Positions 25,346 to 38,568 of a DNA stretch of 64,000 nucleotides are shown here, piece after piece. Source of the DNA: Vicugna vicugna (taxonomy: Eukaryota). Under the pieces are notes generated by a model that was given only the letters and a program-made list of their open reading frames with translations, was not told the origin of the DNA and ran no database searches. Position 1 is the first letter of the stretch, and every line of letters begins with the position of its first letter. A program made the translations under genes and the position numbers. The stretch is taken from NCBI GenBank assembly GCA_013265495.1, contig MU063089.1, positions 270,995-334,994 of the forward strand, in the 5' to 3' direction.

Positions 25346-26550
25346 CAACCTCCATTCTGTTTCCCACAGTGGCTGCACCACACAGCATTCCCATCAACAG
25401 TGCGCCAGCGTTCCCTTTCCTCGACACCCTAGCCAACATATCTTTTTATTTGTTTATTCGCTTGTTTGTTGTTATCACAGCCATCGTAACAGGTGTGAGG
25501 TGCTAGCTCACTGTGGTTTTGGTTTGCATTTCCCTGATGATTACTGATGGTGAGCACCTTCTCACGGACCTGTTGGCCACCTGCATGTCTTCTTTGGAGA
25601 AATGTGTATTCAGTTCCCTTGCCTTTCTTTTTCACCAGGTTATTTGCATAGTTTGGTTTTTGTTTTGTTTTGTTCTTTGTTGGCTATTGAGTTGCAGGAG
25701 TTCTTTCTATATACTGGAATATTAACCTTTTCTCAGATATCTGGTTAGCAAATATTTTCTCCCATTCCATCGCTTGCCTTTTCATTCTGTTGACTGTACC
25801 CTTTGCTGTGCAGAATCATTTTAGCTTGTGATAGTCCCCCAACAGAATTACCATTCGATCCAGCAATCCTACTTCTAGGCATATATTCAAACAAACTTAA
25901 GTCAGTATCTTGAAGAGACACATGCATTCCCATGTTTGTTGCAAGATTATTCACAATAGCCAACCAAGACAAGGAAGCAACCTAAATGTCCACTGAAAGA
26001 TGAATGGATAAACAAAATGTGGCCTGTATCTACAGTAAAATATTACTCAGTCTTAAAAAAAGAAGGAAATCCTACCATTTGTAGCAACTGAATGAACGTG
26101 GAGGACATGATGCTAAGTGGAATAAGCTAACTACAGAAGGACAAGTACTACATCAAACTCACAGAGGCCAAGAGTAGAACGACTGCCAGTGGCAGGGGGA
26201 GAAGGAAACAGGGAGGCATGAGTCAAAGGGGACAAAGTTTCAGTCATGTAAGATGAATAAATCCTAGAGATCTACCGTACACACTAGAGTTTACAGTTAA
26301 TAGTACTGTACCATATACTAAAATTTTTCCAAGAGGATAGATCTTACATTGTGCTCTTATCACACACACACAAAAATAAACAAATAAAGAGGACAGGAGG
26401 AAACTTTGGGAGGTGATGGATACGCTGACGGCACAGATTGTAGCAATGGCTTCATGGATGTGTCCTATCTCCAAACTCATCAAGTCACGTACATTTGACA
26501 GGTACAGCTTTCTGAATGTCAATCACACCTCAGTAAAGTGGTTAAAAAAA
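25346..26550 (+). mobile_element. Nested L1 (L1MA-like) with 5' inversion: inverted ORF2 piece 25346-25840 plus sense 3' end 25841-26550
   Basis: Minus piece ends at ...ggaggttgc and sense piece starts aacagaattaccattcgatccagcaat, near-adjacent in L1 coordinates; host L1 resumes gaacaaattaaattcaaagtaag. Confidence 0.85.
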
Positions 26551-27230
26551 GAACAAATTAAATTCAAAGTAAGTAGAAGATAGAAAATAATAAAGATCAG
26601 AGTGGGAATTAACGAAACAGAAAACAAACACACGAACAAAAGAACAAGAGAGAAAATCAATGAAATCCAAAGTTGGTTCTAGACATTATCAATAAAACTA
26701 ACAGATCAGGAATGAGAGAAGTGTCATCAATACAGATTCTCCCTATATGTTAATATGATACTAAGTGAATATTATGAATAATTTTATGCCAATGTATTTG
26801 ACAACTTAGATGAAATGAACACATTTATTGACAAACACAAGGTACTAAAGCTCATTCAAGAAGAAATAGATCATTTGAATATCTCTCTATTAAATAAATT
26901 AAATTTGTAGTTAAAAACCTTAATATAAATGAAACTCTAAACCCAGATGGCTTCATTGTATGAAACAGGAAAGACGTACTACCAGTCCTGTACAAACTCT
27001 TCCAGCTCCCATACAGCTTAATCTATAAGGCCAGTATTAATCTGTTACCTACTCAAACCAGACACAGACATTACAAGAAAAAGAACTATGGACTAATATC
27101 CCTCATGAACATAGATGCAAAATTATAAATAAAATTCTAGCAAATTGAACCCAATACTATAGAATCATACCATGACCAAGTGAGATGTGTCCTAGGAATC
27201 AAGGCTGGTTTGACATTCAAATATCAATTG

Positions 27231-27702
27231 CTGTGGAATACCACTCAGCCATAAAAATAATGAAATAATGCCATTTGTAGCAGCATGGATGGACCTAGAG
27301 ATCATCATATTCAGTGAAGTAAGTCAGACAGAGACAAATATCATATGATATCACTTATATATGTGGAATCTAAAAATGTGATACAATTGAACTTATTTAC
27401 AAAACAGTGCAGACTCATAGACACAGGAAAAAAATAACTTATGGTTGCCAAAGGAGAAAGTGGGGGAAGGATAAATTGGAAGCTTGAGATTAACTACTGT
27501 ATATAAAACAAATAAATAACAAGGTCCTACTGTATGGCACAGGGAACTATGTTTAATGTCTTATTATCATAACTATAATGGAAAAAATCTGAAAAAAGAA
27601 TACATATGAATATATATATATATATATATATAAAACTGAATCACTTTGCTATACACTGGAAACTAACACAATGCAGTAAATCAACCACACATCAATTTTA
27701 AA
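27231..27702 (+). mobile_element. Nested camelid-type L1 3' end with target-site duplication
   Basis: Full 3' UTR with (TA)n; ATATCAATTG at 27221-27230 versus AAATCAATTG at 27703-27712; host ORF2 resumes atgtaattcaccatatc. Confidence 0.92.
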
Positions 27703-28527
27703 AAATCAATTGATGTAATTCACCATATCAATAAATTAAAACGAGAAACTTTATGATCATCTCACTAGATGCATAAAAAGCACTTGACAAAATCCAGTAT
27801 CATTTTTGATTTTTAAAAAAGTCTCAGCAAACTAGGAATACAGAGGAACTTCTTCAACTGATAAACAGAAAATAGGAAAAGCCTATAGCTTATACCACAC
27901 TAAACGGTGAAAGACTGGAATGCTTTTCCCCCATATGAAACAAGACAAGGATGTCCACTCTCCCTGCTTCTGTTCAATATTACAGAAGCTCCAGCCAGTG
28001 CAATAAGTCAAGAAAAAGAAATAAAAAGCACACAGATTGTAAAGATTGAAGTAAAGCCGTATTTATTTGCAGACAACATAAGCCTCTATTTAAAAAGAAA
28101 CTAATGTAATATATAAAAAGATACTAGAATGAATATTTGATTTAGCAGGCTACAGGATACAAAAATCAATATGCAAATGTCTGCTGTAATTTTAAATGCT
28201 ATCAATGAGCAATCAAAACTTGAAATTAAGGCAAAATACCAGAAATTTAAAAGTTTAAAAAGCAATACCATTTAAAGTAGCATAAAAACGTAATAAATCC
28301 AGGATTAATCTGACATATGATGTGCAGGATCTGTGCACTGAAAAATACAAAACCTTAGACAGAAATTAAACTGCAGACAGAAATTAAACTCTTAATAAAT
28401 GGAGAGGTATACCACATTCATGTGCTGGAAGATACATTATTGTTAAGATATCAGTTCTCTCTGACCTATAGATCCAACACGATCCCAATCAAAAAATCTC
28501 AGCAGGCATTTTGAAGAAGAAAAAGAT

Positions 28528-28891
28528 TGCGGTAAAGTTAAGTAATGAAGGCATATCAGTTAGGAGTCTTAGAAGTTAAATCACGAGCCAGAAGGAAATG
28601 ATTATCAACAAGAGAAAAGAGAAGGCTCCAATTCTTGAAATGAGCAGAAAGGAAAGATTTACTGGAAAGGAAAAAGTGGTATAAAACACCTGTAACGCAA
28701 CGAGGTGGGTTACATTCCTCTAAAGCAGTGTTCGAAGAAAATGGTGCTGATTTCCCCAGTAGGGGACCCTCTCCCCTGCCCGGGTTGAAGGAGAATGAGC
28801 CGTGTTTCTTACTTCCTATCAGCATCTCACCTCCCACGGGAATCTCACCTCCTCTTGACGGTCCTCAGAGAGCAAAGGGTGTGATGTAACA
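28528..28891. mobile_element. Putative solo LTR of unidentified family
   Basis: TG...CA termini (tgcggtaaag...gatgtaaca); TATAAAA near 28680; aaaggaaagatttactgg reads as a polyA-like site on the minus strand; no TSD seen. Confidence 0.4.
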
Positions 28892-30128
28892 CGCCTTCTC
28901 CAAGCCTCACACGACTGCATCAGGAACGAATAGCCCTTTCAGCATCACAAAGATAGCTTCCATTTGCGTTCTTTCCCGGAAGCTTCCACCTTCCATAATA
29001 GTGGCAAACAGCCTCCCTGTCTCCTCTAGCCTCAGTCTTCACCTTGTATGCTCCCTATCTGTTTAATTACCACTTTTTTTTAAGGCACCATCTTTCCCTT
29101 TATAATCATTCACATTTCAAAAAACGCATATATTTTCAAGGTAAAAATGAAACAAGAGATAAGGACAAAGCCAGTCTTTCTTTTGAAAATGATGAATGTT
29201 TGCTGTCTAATAAGTTGTTTTTAGGATTTGCTTTTGTTCAAAGTTTGAAAACACCACCAAACTCCTGGGCTCAGGTCTCATTTTCTCTCCAAATGCCCTG
29301 GTTTCCAACTGGTTTGTTATCCTGATGGGAGGCCTGAGCATCAAGATTTGCATCTCAAATAATTATTTCATACCTTTGGCGAGAACCTAACTGATCATGA
29401 TGAAAAACAAATCATTTGTATTTTGAGACAAGAAAAGCATATGGCTTGCGGAAGAATCTTTGCTAATGAGAAGGAGATAATGTATGATTTAAGAGTTCCA
29501 AATCTGCATGTTAAAAATACGCAAGAAAGGGAATGAGGGGAAACTTGAAGAGTGGGTATTATGCGCTTATATTGAGACAGAACACACTGATTCTACTGAG
29601 TGGGGTTGAAATGGACATGACTACAAATACACAGCAAAGGGTCTCGTGTTTGCTACCTCGGATAGTGACATTAATGAACATCTTCTCATTTACCCTCCGG
29701 GCCAAGTTATCCTCTAAATTCAATCCCACCCCTACTCACACAGGCCATGTGGATGTGCCCTGAAGCAGAATTCAGCTCTGTTGACTGGGATGAACAAGCA
29801 AAAGAACATCCAAAAGCAGGGCTGGCAAGTGGAGGGGCTGGAGTCTGCCTGCCTACCGCTGGCAAGCTGCTTCTGGCACTAATTACCATGATTTGACATG
29901 ACTGCGTATTTTTTAGACACCATATGATCCTGGCAAATGAAAGTGTCAGTGAAAATTATACTCCATCAGCTTAAACCTTCCTAAATGCCAGGGGAGTAAT
30001 TTGATCTGCGCTGTGAGCAAACTCTTTTCAAAGGGTGCTGATCCTGATCACGTTTTATTCCAAACAAAGGGTTCGAGAATGAATGGCTCTTGTTTATTTC
30101 TCTTAAACCATTCATTGCCTGTTCTAGA

Positions 30129-30400
30129 CGTGCTCTGCCCAACATGGCGGCCACCACCGACACCTGGCTGCTTGGCACAGGCACCGTGGCCGGTCTGAAT
30201 CGAGACTGTAAGTGGCTGTAAGTGCCAAAGACACTGAGTGAAAAAGAGACTGTAATCCCTCAGTAGTGAGTTTGTATTGATTACATGTTGAAATAATATT
30301 ATTTCAACAAGTAATAAAATGGGTTAAATATTAAAGTTCATTTCATTTATATCTTTTTACTTTACTTAACATAACTATTAGAAACAAAATACACGTGGCG
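30129..30400. mobile_element. MER33-like hAT-Charlie MITE, cut by an L1
   Basis: ttgtattgattacatgttgaaataatatt...gggttaaatattaaagttcatttc...tttttactt; 5' half GC-shifted. Confidence 0.75.
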
Positions 30401-31420
30401 ACTTCACNNNNNNNNNNNNNNNNNNNNNNNNNNNNNNNNNNNNNNNNNNNNNNNNNNNNNNNNNNNNNNNNNNNNNNNNNNNNNNNNNNNNNNNNNNNNN
30501 NNNNNNNNNNNNNNNNNNNNNNNNNNNNNNNNNNNNNNNNNNNNNNNNNNNNNNNNNNNNNNNNNNNNNNNNNNNNNNNNNNNNNNNNNNNNNNNNNNNN
30601 NNNNNNNNNNNNNNNNNNNNNNNNNNNNNTGCATGTATGTTTTCAAATTAAGAGTTTTCCCCAGATATATGCCCAGGAGTGACATTGCTGGATCAGAGGG
30701 TAAGTCTATTTTTAATTTTTTAAGGAAACTCCATAGTGTTTTGCATAATGGCTGCAGCAAACTACATTCCCACCAACAGTGCAAGAGGGTTTCCTTTTCT
30801 CCACACCCTCTCCAGCACTTATCATTTGTGGCTGTTCTGACTGGTGTGAGGTGATGCCTCATTGTAGTTTTGACTTGGGTTTCTTTGATAATTAGCAATA
30901 TTGAGCAAATTTTTCATGTGCCTGTTGGCCATTCATGTGTCTTCATTGGAGAAACGTTTGTTTAGGTCTTCTACCCATTTTTGGATTGGTTATTTGCTTT
31001 TTGTTGTTGTTGTTATTGAGTTGTATGAGCTATTTGTATATTCTGGAAATTAAACCAAAGAAAAATACCATATGATATCACTTATATGTGGAATCTAAAA
31101 AAACGACACAAAAGAACTTATTTACAAGACAGAAACAGACTCACAGACATAGAAAACAGACTTTGGTTACCGGCAGGGCAAGGGGAGGGTGGAGGGATAA
31201 ACTGGGAGTTTGGGATTTGCAGATACACACAACTATACATAAAATAGATAAGTTTATATTGTATAGCACACGGAACTATATTCAATACCCTATAATTGCC
31301 CACAGTGAAAAAGAATATGAAAAAGGAATATATATATGTATGTGTGTGTATAACTGAATCACTATGCTGTACACCAGAAAACAACATTGTAAACTGACTA
31401 TACTTCAATTTAAAAAAGGG
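30401..31420 (+). mobile_element. Camelid-type L1 with 5' inversion: inverted 30401-31056 (N gap 30408-30629), sense 31057-31420
   Basis: Minus ORF gives [13 protein letters not shown]...[19 protein letters not shown] (L1 ORF2 Cys-rich C-terminus); junction ctggaaattaaacc|aaagaaaaataccatatg. Confidence 0.9.
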
Positions 31421-31994
31421 AAACAAAAACAAAAGCAAAGTAAGTGCTCAGCAAATGTTAGTAGTTAGCATTTGTGAGTAAAATATAAACGTACATTGAA
31501 CAAGCACACATGCACCTTGCGTTACATCCCCATTAGGCAGTGCCATTCTGGAGAACGGAGGTTAATGAGCCCTGTACACACACGCGGTCTCTCTGGAAGT
31601 GTGCAGATTTGGAAAGCAACCAAAAAGGGAGCCCACCTCTTGGTGAATTCCCACACACATTAGAAGTTTAACCCACTGGGAGCACCAGGACACGGGCCGT
31701 TTCCTTCCACAGAGCAGCGAATGTCACGTTCAAGGGCTTGTTCAGCTTCTGCAGTGACGAGTGGTTCTGGGGGATCATTTTCATGTCATGTTGCAGCCAA
31801 AATGTCATTCTCATTATTAAAAAAACAAATGAACCGAATATACCTCTGGGGAAGGGAGGGGGACTACCCCCGCTGACTGAGGGCTAGAAGACTGAAGCCC
31901 CCAGATCGGAACCCGGCCACCTCGTCCAGGCTCCAGCCCCTAGTTGCCTGTCCCATCCCAATAGCTCACCACATCCATAGGCCTCGTCACTGTT

Positions 31995-32300
31995 TCCCAA
32001 ACTCCTCGCAGGCTTTCCCTGTTCCACACCTTTTCACGTGCCATCCCTCTTCCTGGAATGCTCTGATCCTCTTTCTCTGCCTGTAAAACTCCTACTCATA
32101 CTTTAAAGCCCAACTCAGATGCCTCCTCCTTTGCAAAACTTTCCTGCTCTGTCCCCGTGGCACTCTGGCATTCTTAGCATTTAATTACCAGAGCACAACT
32201 GGTTTTGCTGTAATTATTCAACTATGGCTCTGCCTGTGCTCCTTTAATGTGTGCCTTCCCGTGCTCACAACACTGTCAGGCCAGCACAATAAATGGTGTG
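31995..32300 (+). mobile_element. L2 fragment
   Basis: cctggaatgctct...cctactcatactttaaagcccaactcagatgcctcctcc. Confidence 0.7.
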
Positions 32301-32411
32301 TGTGTGAGTGTGTTTGCAAACACACTCACATAGAAAAGAAAAATCTATAAACCTCACATAGTTACATATCCAAATGTTAAAATTGGTCAAATGGTGGTGG
32401 GATTATGGGTG

Positions 32412-34245
32412 ATTTTTTAAATTGTGGTAAAATGCATGCAACATAAAATGCATCATCTTAACCATGTGTAAGTGAACAGTTCAGGAGCATTCAGTTTATT
32501 CACATTATTGTGCAACCGATCTCCAGAACTTTTTCATCTTGCAAAACTGAAACTCTGTCCCAGTTAAACAATTCTGCCCCCACCCCAGCCCCTGGCAGCC
32601 ACCATTCTACTTTGTTTCTGTGAATGTGCCTCATATAAGGGAAATTATACAGCATTTGCCTTTTTATGACTGGCTTATTTCTCTTAGCATAATGTCCTCA
32701 AGGTTCATCTATGCTGTAGCATGTGTCAGAATTCCCATCCTTTTTTCAGGCAGAATAATATGCCATTGTATGGCTACACACTTTTTTTTGTCTATCCATT
32801 CACTGCTTGTTGGACATTTCATCTGCTTCTACCTTTTGGCTGTTGTGAATGGTGTTGCTATGAACATGAGTGTACGAACATCTCTCTGAGAGCCTGTTTC
32901 AATTCTTCTGAATACGTGTCCAGATGTGGGATTGCTAGTTCTATTTTTAACTTGAGAGGCCCCTCTGTACTGTTTTCCACATGGCTGCACCACATACAAC
33001 CCCGTCAACAGTGCACAAGGGCTCTAATTTATCCGCATTCCCAGCAACACTTGTTAAGTTCTCTTTTTTAAATAGCAGCCATCCTAATGAGTATAAGGTG
33101 GCTTCTCATTGTGGTTTTTGGCTTGTATCTCACAAATGATTTATGATATTGAGCATTTTTTCATATGTTTGTTGCCCATTTGTACAACTTCTCTCAAGAA
33201 ATGTTTATTTGAGTCCTTTGCTCATTTTTTAATTGGGTTGTTTGGAGTTTTCATTGTTGACTTGTAGATGTTCTTTACATATTCTGGATAGTAACCTTTT
33301 GTCAGCTATATGATTCACAAGTATTTTATTCCATTCTGTAGGTCGCCTTTTCAGTCAGTCAATTATGTCCTTAGATGCACATGTCCAATGTATCTACTTT
33401 GACAGTTGTTGCCTCTGCTTTTGGTGTCATATCCAAGAAATCATTGCCAATCCAATGCTGTGAAGATTCTGCCCTNNNNNNNNNNNNNNNNNNNNNNNNN
33501 NNNNNNNNNNNNNNNNNNNNNNNNNNNNNNNNNNNNNNNNNNNNNNNNNNNNNNNNNNNNNNNNNNNNNNNNNNNNNNNNNNNNNNNNNNNNNNNNNNNN
33601 NNNNNNNNNAGCACCATTTTAAAAAAAAATTTCCTTTCCCCATTGTATGGTCTTGGCACCTCTGTCAAAATCTTTTAACCGTATATGTGAAGGTTGATTT
33701 CTGGGCTCTCTATTCTATTTCAGTGGTTTATAGGACTGTCTTTATGCCAGTATCACACTGTTTTAATTACTGTAGCTTTGTAATGAGTTTTGAAATCAAG
33801 AAGTGTGAGATCGTGAACTTTGTTCTTATTTTTCAAGATATTTTGGCTATTTAGGGTCCCTTGAGATTCCGTATGAATTTTAGAGTGTGTTTTTCTATTT
33901 CTGAAAAAAAAAAAAGACGACCATTGGGATTTTGAGAGAGATTACATTAAATCTGTAGATTACTTCGGGTAGTACTAACATCTGGCGATCTTGCTGAATC
34001 AATTAGTTTCTCGGTGTAAAAATCTTGAGAGCTTTTCACACAAAGATTAAACTATTTACAAAGACAATTTTTACTTCTTCCTTCCCAATTTGGATGGCTT
34101 TATTTCTTTTTCTTGTCCAACTGCTCCGGCTAGGACTTCCAGTACCCTGTCAAACAGAAGTAGCGAAAGAAGGCATCTTTGTCTTGTTCCTGATCTTAGA
34201 GGGAAAGCGTTCAATCCTTCACCACTGAGCATGATGCTAGCGGTG
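32412..34245 (-). mobile_element. Old L1 (L1MB-like) 3' UTR and ORF2; N gap 33476-33609
   Basis: ttaaattgtggtaaaatg...ctccagaactttttcatcttgcaaaactgaaactc; ctttgtaatgagttttgaaatcaag; ggctaggacttccagtac. Confidence 0.9.
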
Positions 34246-34299
34246 AGTACGGGTGGCTCTCATGTTTCCGTCTGTATCAGTTAAGCCATTATATTTTCA

Positions 34300-34480
34300 C
34301 TGAATAAAAACTGTATCGGTCTGCTGTGTCAGCCACTGTCCTAAGCTGGAAATTCAGCAATAAACAAAACAAATCCGGACTCTCATGAACCGTGTACGGG
34401 GGGTGGGGAAAAATTAACAAAGAAATGTCTGACGCTAGAGGTGGTGATGCACGCCACGAGGTAGCACACAGCAGAACTAG
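34300..34480 (-). mobile_element. L2 fragment
   Basis: gccactgtcctaagctggaaattcagcaataaacaaaac...ctctcatgaac. Confidence 0.55.
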
Positions 34481-36999
34481 AAGGCGCACGTGATGGTGCG
34501 CCTTGGATCAGGACAGCCCCCCGATGAGCCACTCGGGGGAAGGACAAAGGTCTGACTCAACACCTGCGTCTCAAGCACGCGGTGAGGAGTCGGGGGAGTA
34601 CAGGGGTGGGTTAGGACATCACCCCAGACTGGGTGGAGCCTTTAGAGTCTGACTGACAGAGAAGGAGAAGGAAGCACGGAACAGCTGGAAGTGCTGGGGT
34701 CATAAGAAATTAATAAGCAATGTCCGACCGAAGAAAGCTTTCAGCTCGAGGGTGGAAGCAGGTGGTGGATAAAACAGGTCAAGAGGCAAACAGTTCTCAA
34801 GGTTTCTAAGCAGGAGTCAGCAGGGGTAATGTGGAGGTCACGCAAACACACCAAGCTGCACCCTGATGAAGCCCCTGACCCAGCAGGACAAAGAAAACAG
34901 GTAAAATCACCCCCGGAAGCTCCGAAGACCCGACGAAGAAACACAGAACATCCGTCCACGCACGCGAACCGATTATCACAGGCATGTTGCGCACACGTGC
35001 GAGCTGAGTATCACGTGTGTGTTACGCACATGCCTATGTCATTTCACAGGACAAACGGTCATTCTATTTTCGCCCAGGTGAAAGTGAAAAAAAAAACAAC
35101 CCTCGATTTCTATAGAAATATGTTCAAGGAAAGCCGGCTCCTCCTCTATGTTTTCTGAATTTGATGGCGTTTGAAAAACCACCAGATTTCTCTTCCTAAA
35201 GTAGGGGCTTCAACAAGCACAGCCATGAACAGCAGCTGTCTGAGTGATAATGGCTATGGAAAAAGGACTGGGCGAGCCCAGCAGCACCGGAGAAGTAAGT
35301 GTATCATCTTGATTACCTCCCAGTTATAGCCCAGCCTCTTGGGAGGGCGCTGATCAGGGCTGCCAAAGAAGATAAATCAGCTCATGCCAACTGGACTTGA
35401 GGACTTCGCCCCCTGGCACCCAGAGAATCAGGCTGGAATCACTCTGAAAGGAGATCACCTCTCCTCTCTATTTAAACAGAAGCCTGATCAGAAAGGGGTG
35501 GAAAATATGTTTTGGCAGCCGAGTCAGTGGTCATTGTCAGAGCTGAAAGCTCATAATTTTGCAGGCTTTGCCGCAGAGACACAGGGCGGCCACTCGAGAG
35601 AGTGCATCGGAGCACTGAGCGATGTGCAGTCCCGTCCCCTCGCCCAGCTGCGGCCTCACAGCCTCCTGCTGGAGCCTCTCCCGCCCAATGTGCTGTGTTT
35701 GTTCACAACTTAATTTCTGGCTGGGAAAAGACAGATCAGGCAATGGAGGGGACCTGTCATTAACCCCTCTTCTTCCCCTCCGCATTTGCACACTTGAGTT
35801 ATCTTGTTTTAGTTCATTCCAGAGGTTTCTATGTCGCCTGGAAAGCCCAGAGGGAGGGGCTCTGTACAGAGAGACTCTGGTCGCACCGGGGGCCACGGGC
35901 AGCTCCAGCATCAGCAGAGACACGAGCCCTCATCTCATGCCTGCCAGCTGCCCAGCCCCCCCGAGCACAGGTAACAGCCTCTCCGTGTTCGCTTGTAGAA
36001 AGATGAGGAAGTTGCTTAATTTTAATCACGATGACTCTTAGGTGGGAAAATAAATAAATAAAACTCACTTTATTTTTCTTTTAAACCAATTTTTTTCTTC
36101 CTCCCACTGCAGTCAATTAGACTAATTCCTCCACGGCTTTAATTAATCGTGTTATCATCATCAACAGTAATCAGGTTTCTGGAACTTCTCACAGACTCAG
36201 ATCGCTCATCGTGCAATCATCATCCTTAGGAGAACTTCTGGTTTTCGCGTTTCCGCCCACAGATAAGAGGTGGCATTTTCTCCCCCATCTGCAGGCCCTG
36301 GCACCCCGATCGATCAGCCCAGATCACGGCATTTATTCACAGAGAGTGAATCACACAAACTGTGAGCATGTTTACCAAGATGCTGACACACTGAAAGATG
36401 CTTCCTGGCCCCCAGCAGAGAGCCGGCACATGGTAGATGTCCGTGTAAACGTCAGAAAGGATCCTCGTGGCAGAGGCATCATCTATCGCACACAGAGCAG
36501 ACATCTCAAATATCACTTGTGTGGTTCCACTTCACCCAAAGATGTATTTCCTTCCATTTCTACTTCAGCACAACTCCCATTGCTTATTTCTGTGTTGCAT
36601 GTTTCATGGGACACCTGCCCCTCCATCACCATGTTGCCAGACAAATGGGGATTTTTGTCAATCTTGAGAATTGACGGACAGCCAGGCAACACAATAATAT
36701 TTTGACTTGCTAAAATTCTCAAGACGTTTCTTCTAGGACCCTTTGCCTCATATAGGAATGGCTGCTGACTTAAGCTGTGCTGAGGGAGGGAGGGAGGTGG
36801 AATCAGAGCCCCAAGGAACAAGGAAAGAAAACTGACAGTGGACACCAACCATGTCTATCAGAGCCGCCCCCCACCTCCACCCAGAGGAGGGGCCCACTCC
36901 TGTTATTAGGGACTTGTAGTTATACAGTAACAGAAGCTTGGCACACACAGTACAGCATTCTCCACACTGTGCTAGACTCCTCCCTCCTCCACAAGCCCT

Positions 37000-37378
37000 G
37001 AAAGCCCCTCCTGCCACAGGGCCTTTGCACCTGCTGCTCCAGCTTCCTAGTCACCTGCATAGTCCATGCCCTCCGCCCCCATCTTGACCCGACAGTGTCC
37101 CCTCAAAGAGGCCTGCCTGAACCATCTTATCCATCTCTCTCCATTCTCTTTTCCTGCTTTATTTTTCTAATCAGCTCTTATCCCCCTTGGCCAGATAACA
37201 CATTTATTTGGTTTTTATTTACTCATTCACTTCCCCCCAACCAGAAGGTAAGCTTTACAGTGACGAGGAGGTAGCTTTGCTCACAGTTACGTCCCCGACA
37301 CCTGTAATGCCCAGTATAGTAGGTGTTCAGTACACGTTTGTTGAAAGGATGAACTGAATGAATGAAGGAATGAATAGA
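37000..37378 (+). mobile_element. L2 3' end
   Basis: cagggcctttgcacctgctg...tagtaggtgttcagtacacgtttgttgaaaggatgaactgaatgaatgaa. Confidence 0.8.
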
Positions 37379-38129
37379 AAAGGCAAGAGAGTGAGGCAGG
37401 ACATTCCTGCTGGTGACAGTGGTCCTGAGGTTAACAAGCCCTTGTAACAGCAGGACGCTGAGCTAAGCACGTTTATGCTTCTTCCCTCCCCCCACCCACC
37501 TTGGTCTGCGCCACCCAGGTTATTAATCGATTTTGATTGTAGCCTAGCTCATAATTACAAAGAGTCAGAAATCATTCCCCAGTGCCCTATCACTTGAGGT
37601 TTGCTGCCAAGGAAACCCTCTTACGCTTTATTCTGGACGTCAAAGGAAAAACTGGTTTAAAACAGGAACTTAAACTTCGTGGCCAAGGTTTGATGGATGG
37701 ACTCACCTGAGATACCAGTTTACCTGCCAGCATCATAATTACCTTGTCTTACCCATTAATGCTGGTGTGTGGCGTTCCTACTCACTCCAGATCCCAAGGA
37801 ATACCCTTCCAGAATATTCCACCCCCCCTTCCTTTAATAAGTACTCCCAACTTTCAGAGACTAAGTCAGCCCAGAGCCCCACCATCCAAAGGAAAAGTGA
37901 GAGAAGAAACACAAACGTGCAGAAAGTCAACACTGTCACTCTGGGTTGAGTCTTCCCTTCTGGTCCGCACCAGACAGTGGCTAGAAGGGTCTCTCCACAT
38001 GTGGCTCCAGAGGTACCTTCTCCAAACGTGAAGCCATCCCGATGAAAGCAGATCCCCTGCAGTCCCTGGAATCCAGTTCGCCTCCTGAACATGATCCGCC
38101 AAGACCTGCACTGTTGGGTCGCTGCCAAG

Positions 38130-38568
38130 CCTCCAGCTTCACCTGGAGCCCCTCCCTCTTTCCTGTTCTGCAGCCCTGTTCCAGTTCCTCCAACATGCCC
38201 TGCTCCTTCAGACCACAGGGCCTTTGCACAACTTCCCTCTACCTTCACCTGGTCAATATTCGTTCTGTGGGTGCCAGCCCCACTGTCACTCTCTTCTCTG
38301 TGAACCCCTTCTGATCTCAGATCTGTTGTACGAGCTCACAGTACTGCGGCATTTATAACACTAAACAGTACTGGACACTAAACAGGCAAATGCACATGTG
38401 AATGTGATTTGATGACCACCTGCCTCCCTACGACGCTGTGAGTTCCCGGCGGGTGAGAACCAGGCGTGGTTTTGCTCACTACCTACTCCCTGGCCCCAAA
38501 GACGGTACCTGGCAAACAGCAACCTCCCCAGAAACACGAGTTAATGAATGAGTGGATGAACGAATGCA
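38130..38568 (+). mobile_element. L2 3' end
   Basis: cagggcctttgcaca...gtacctggcaaacagc...ttaatgaatgagtggatgaacgaatg. Confidence 0.75.

Larger units (their letters stand above)
24330..28510 (+). mobile_element. Large decayed old L1 (L1M/L1MC-like): 5'/ORF1-proximal part, internal deletion, then ORF2 endonuclease and RT; carries two nested L1 insertions
   Basis: Endonuclease motif tgctgggccataaaac; 27907-28104 translates as [15 protein letters not shown]...[23 protein letters not shown], homologous to L1 [17 protein letters not shown]...LFADD; many stops and frameshifts. Confidence 0.9.

Noticed and set aside
27907-28104. Reverse-transcriptase-like ORF as a functional gene
   Set aside because: Fragment of a dead L1 with a degenerate catalytic motif (FADN), stops and nested insertions
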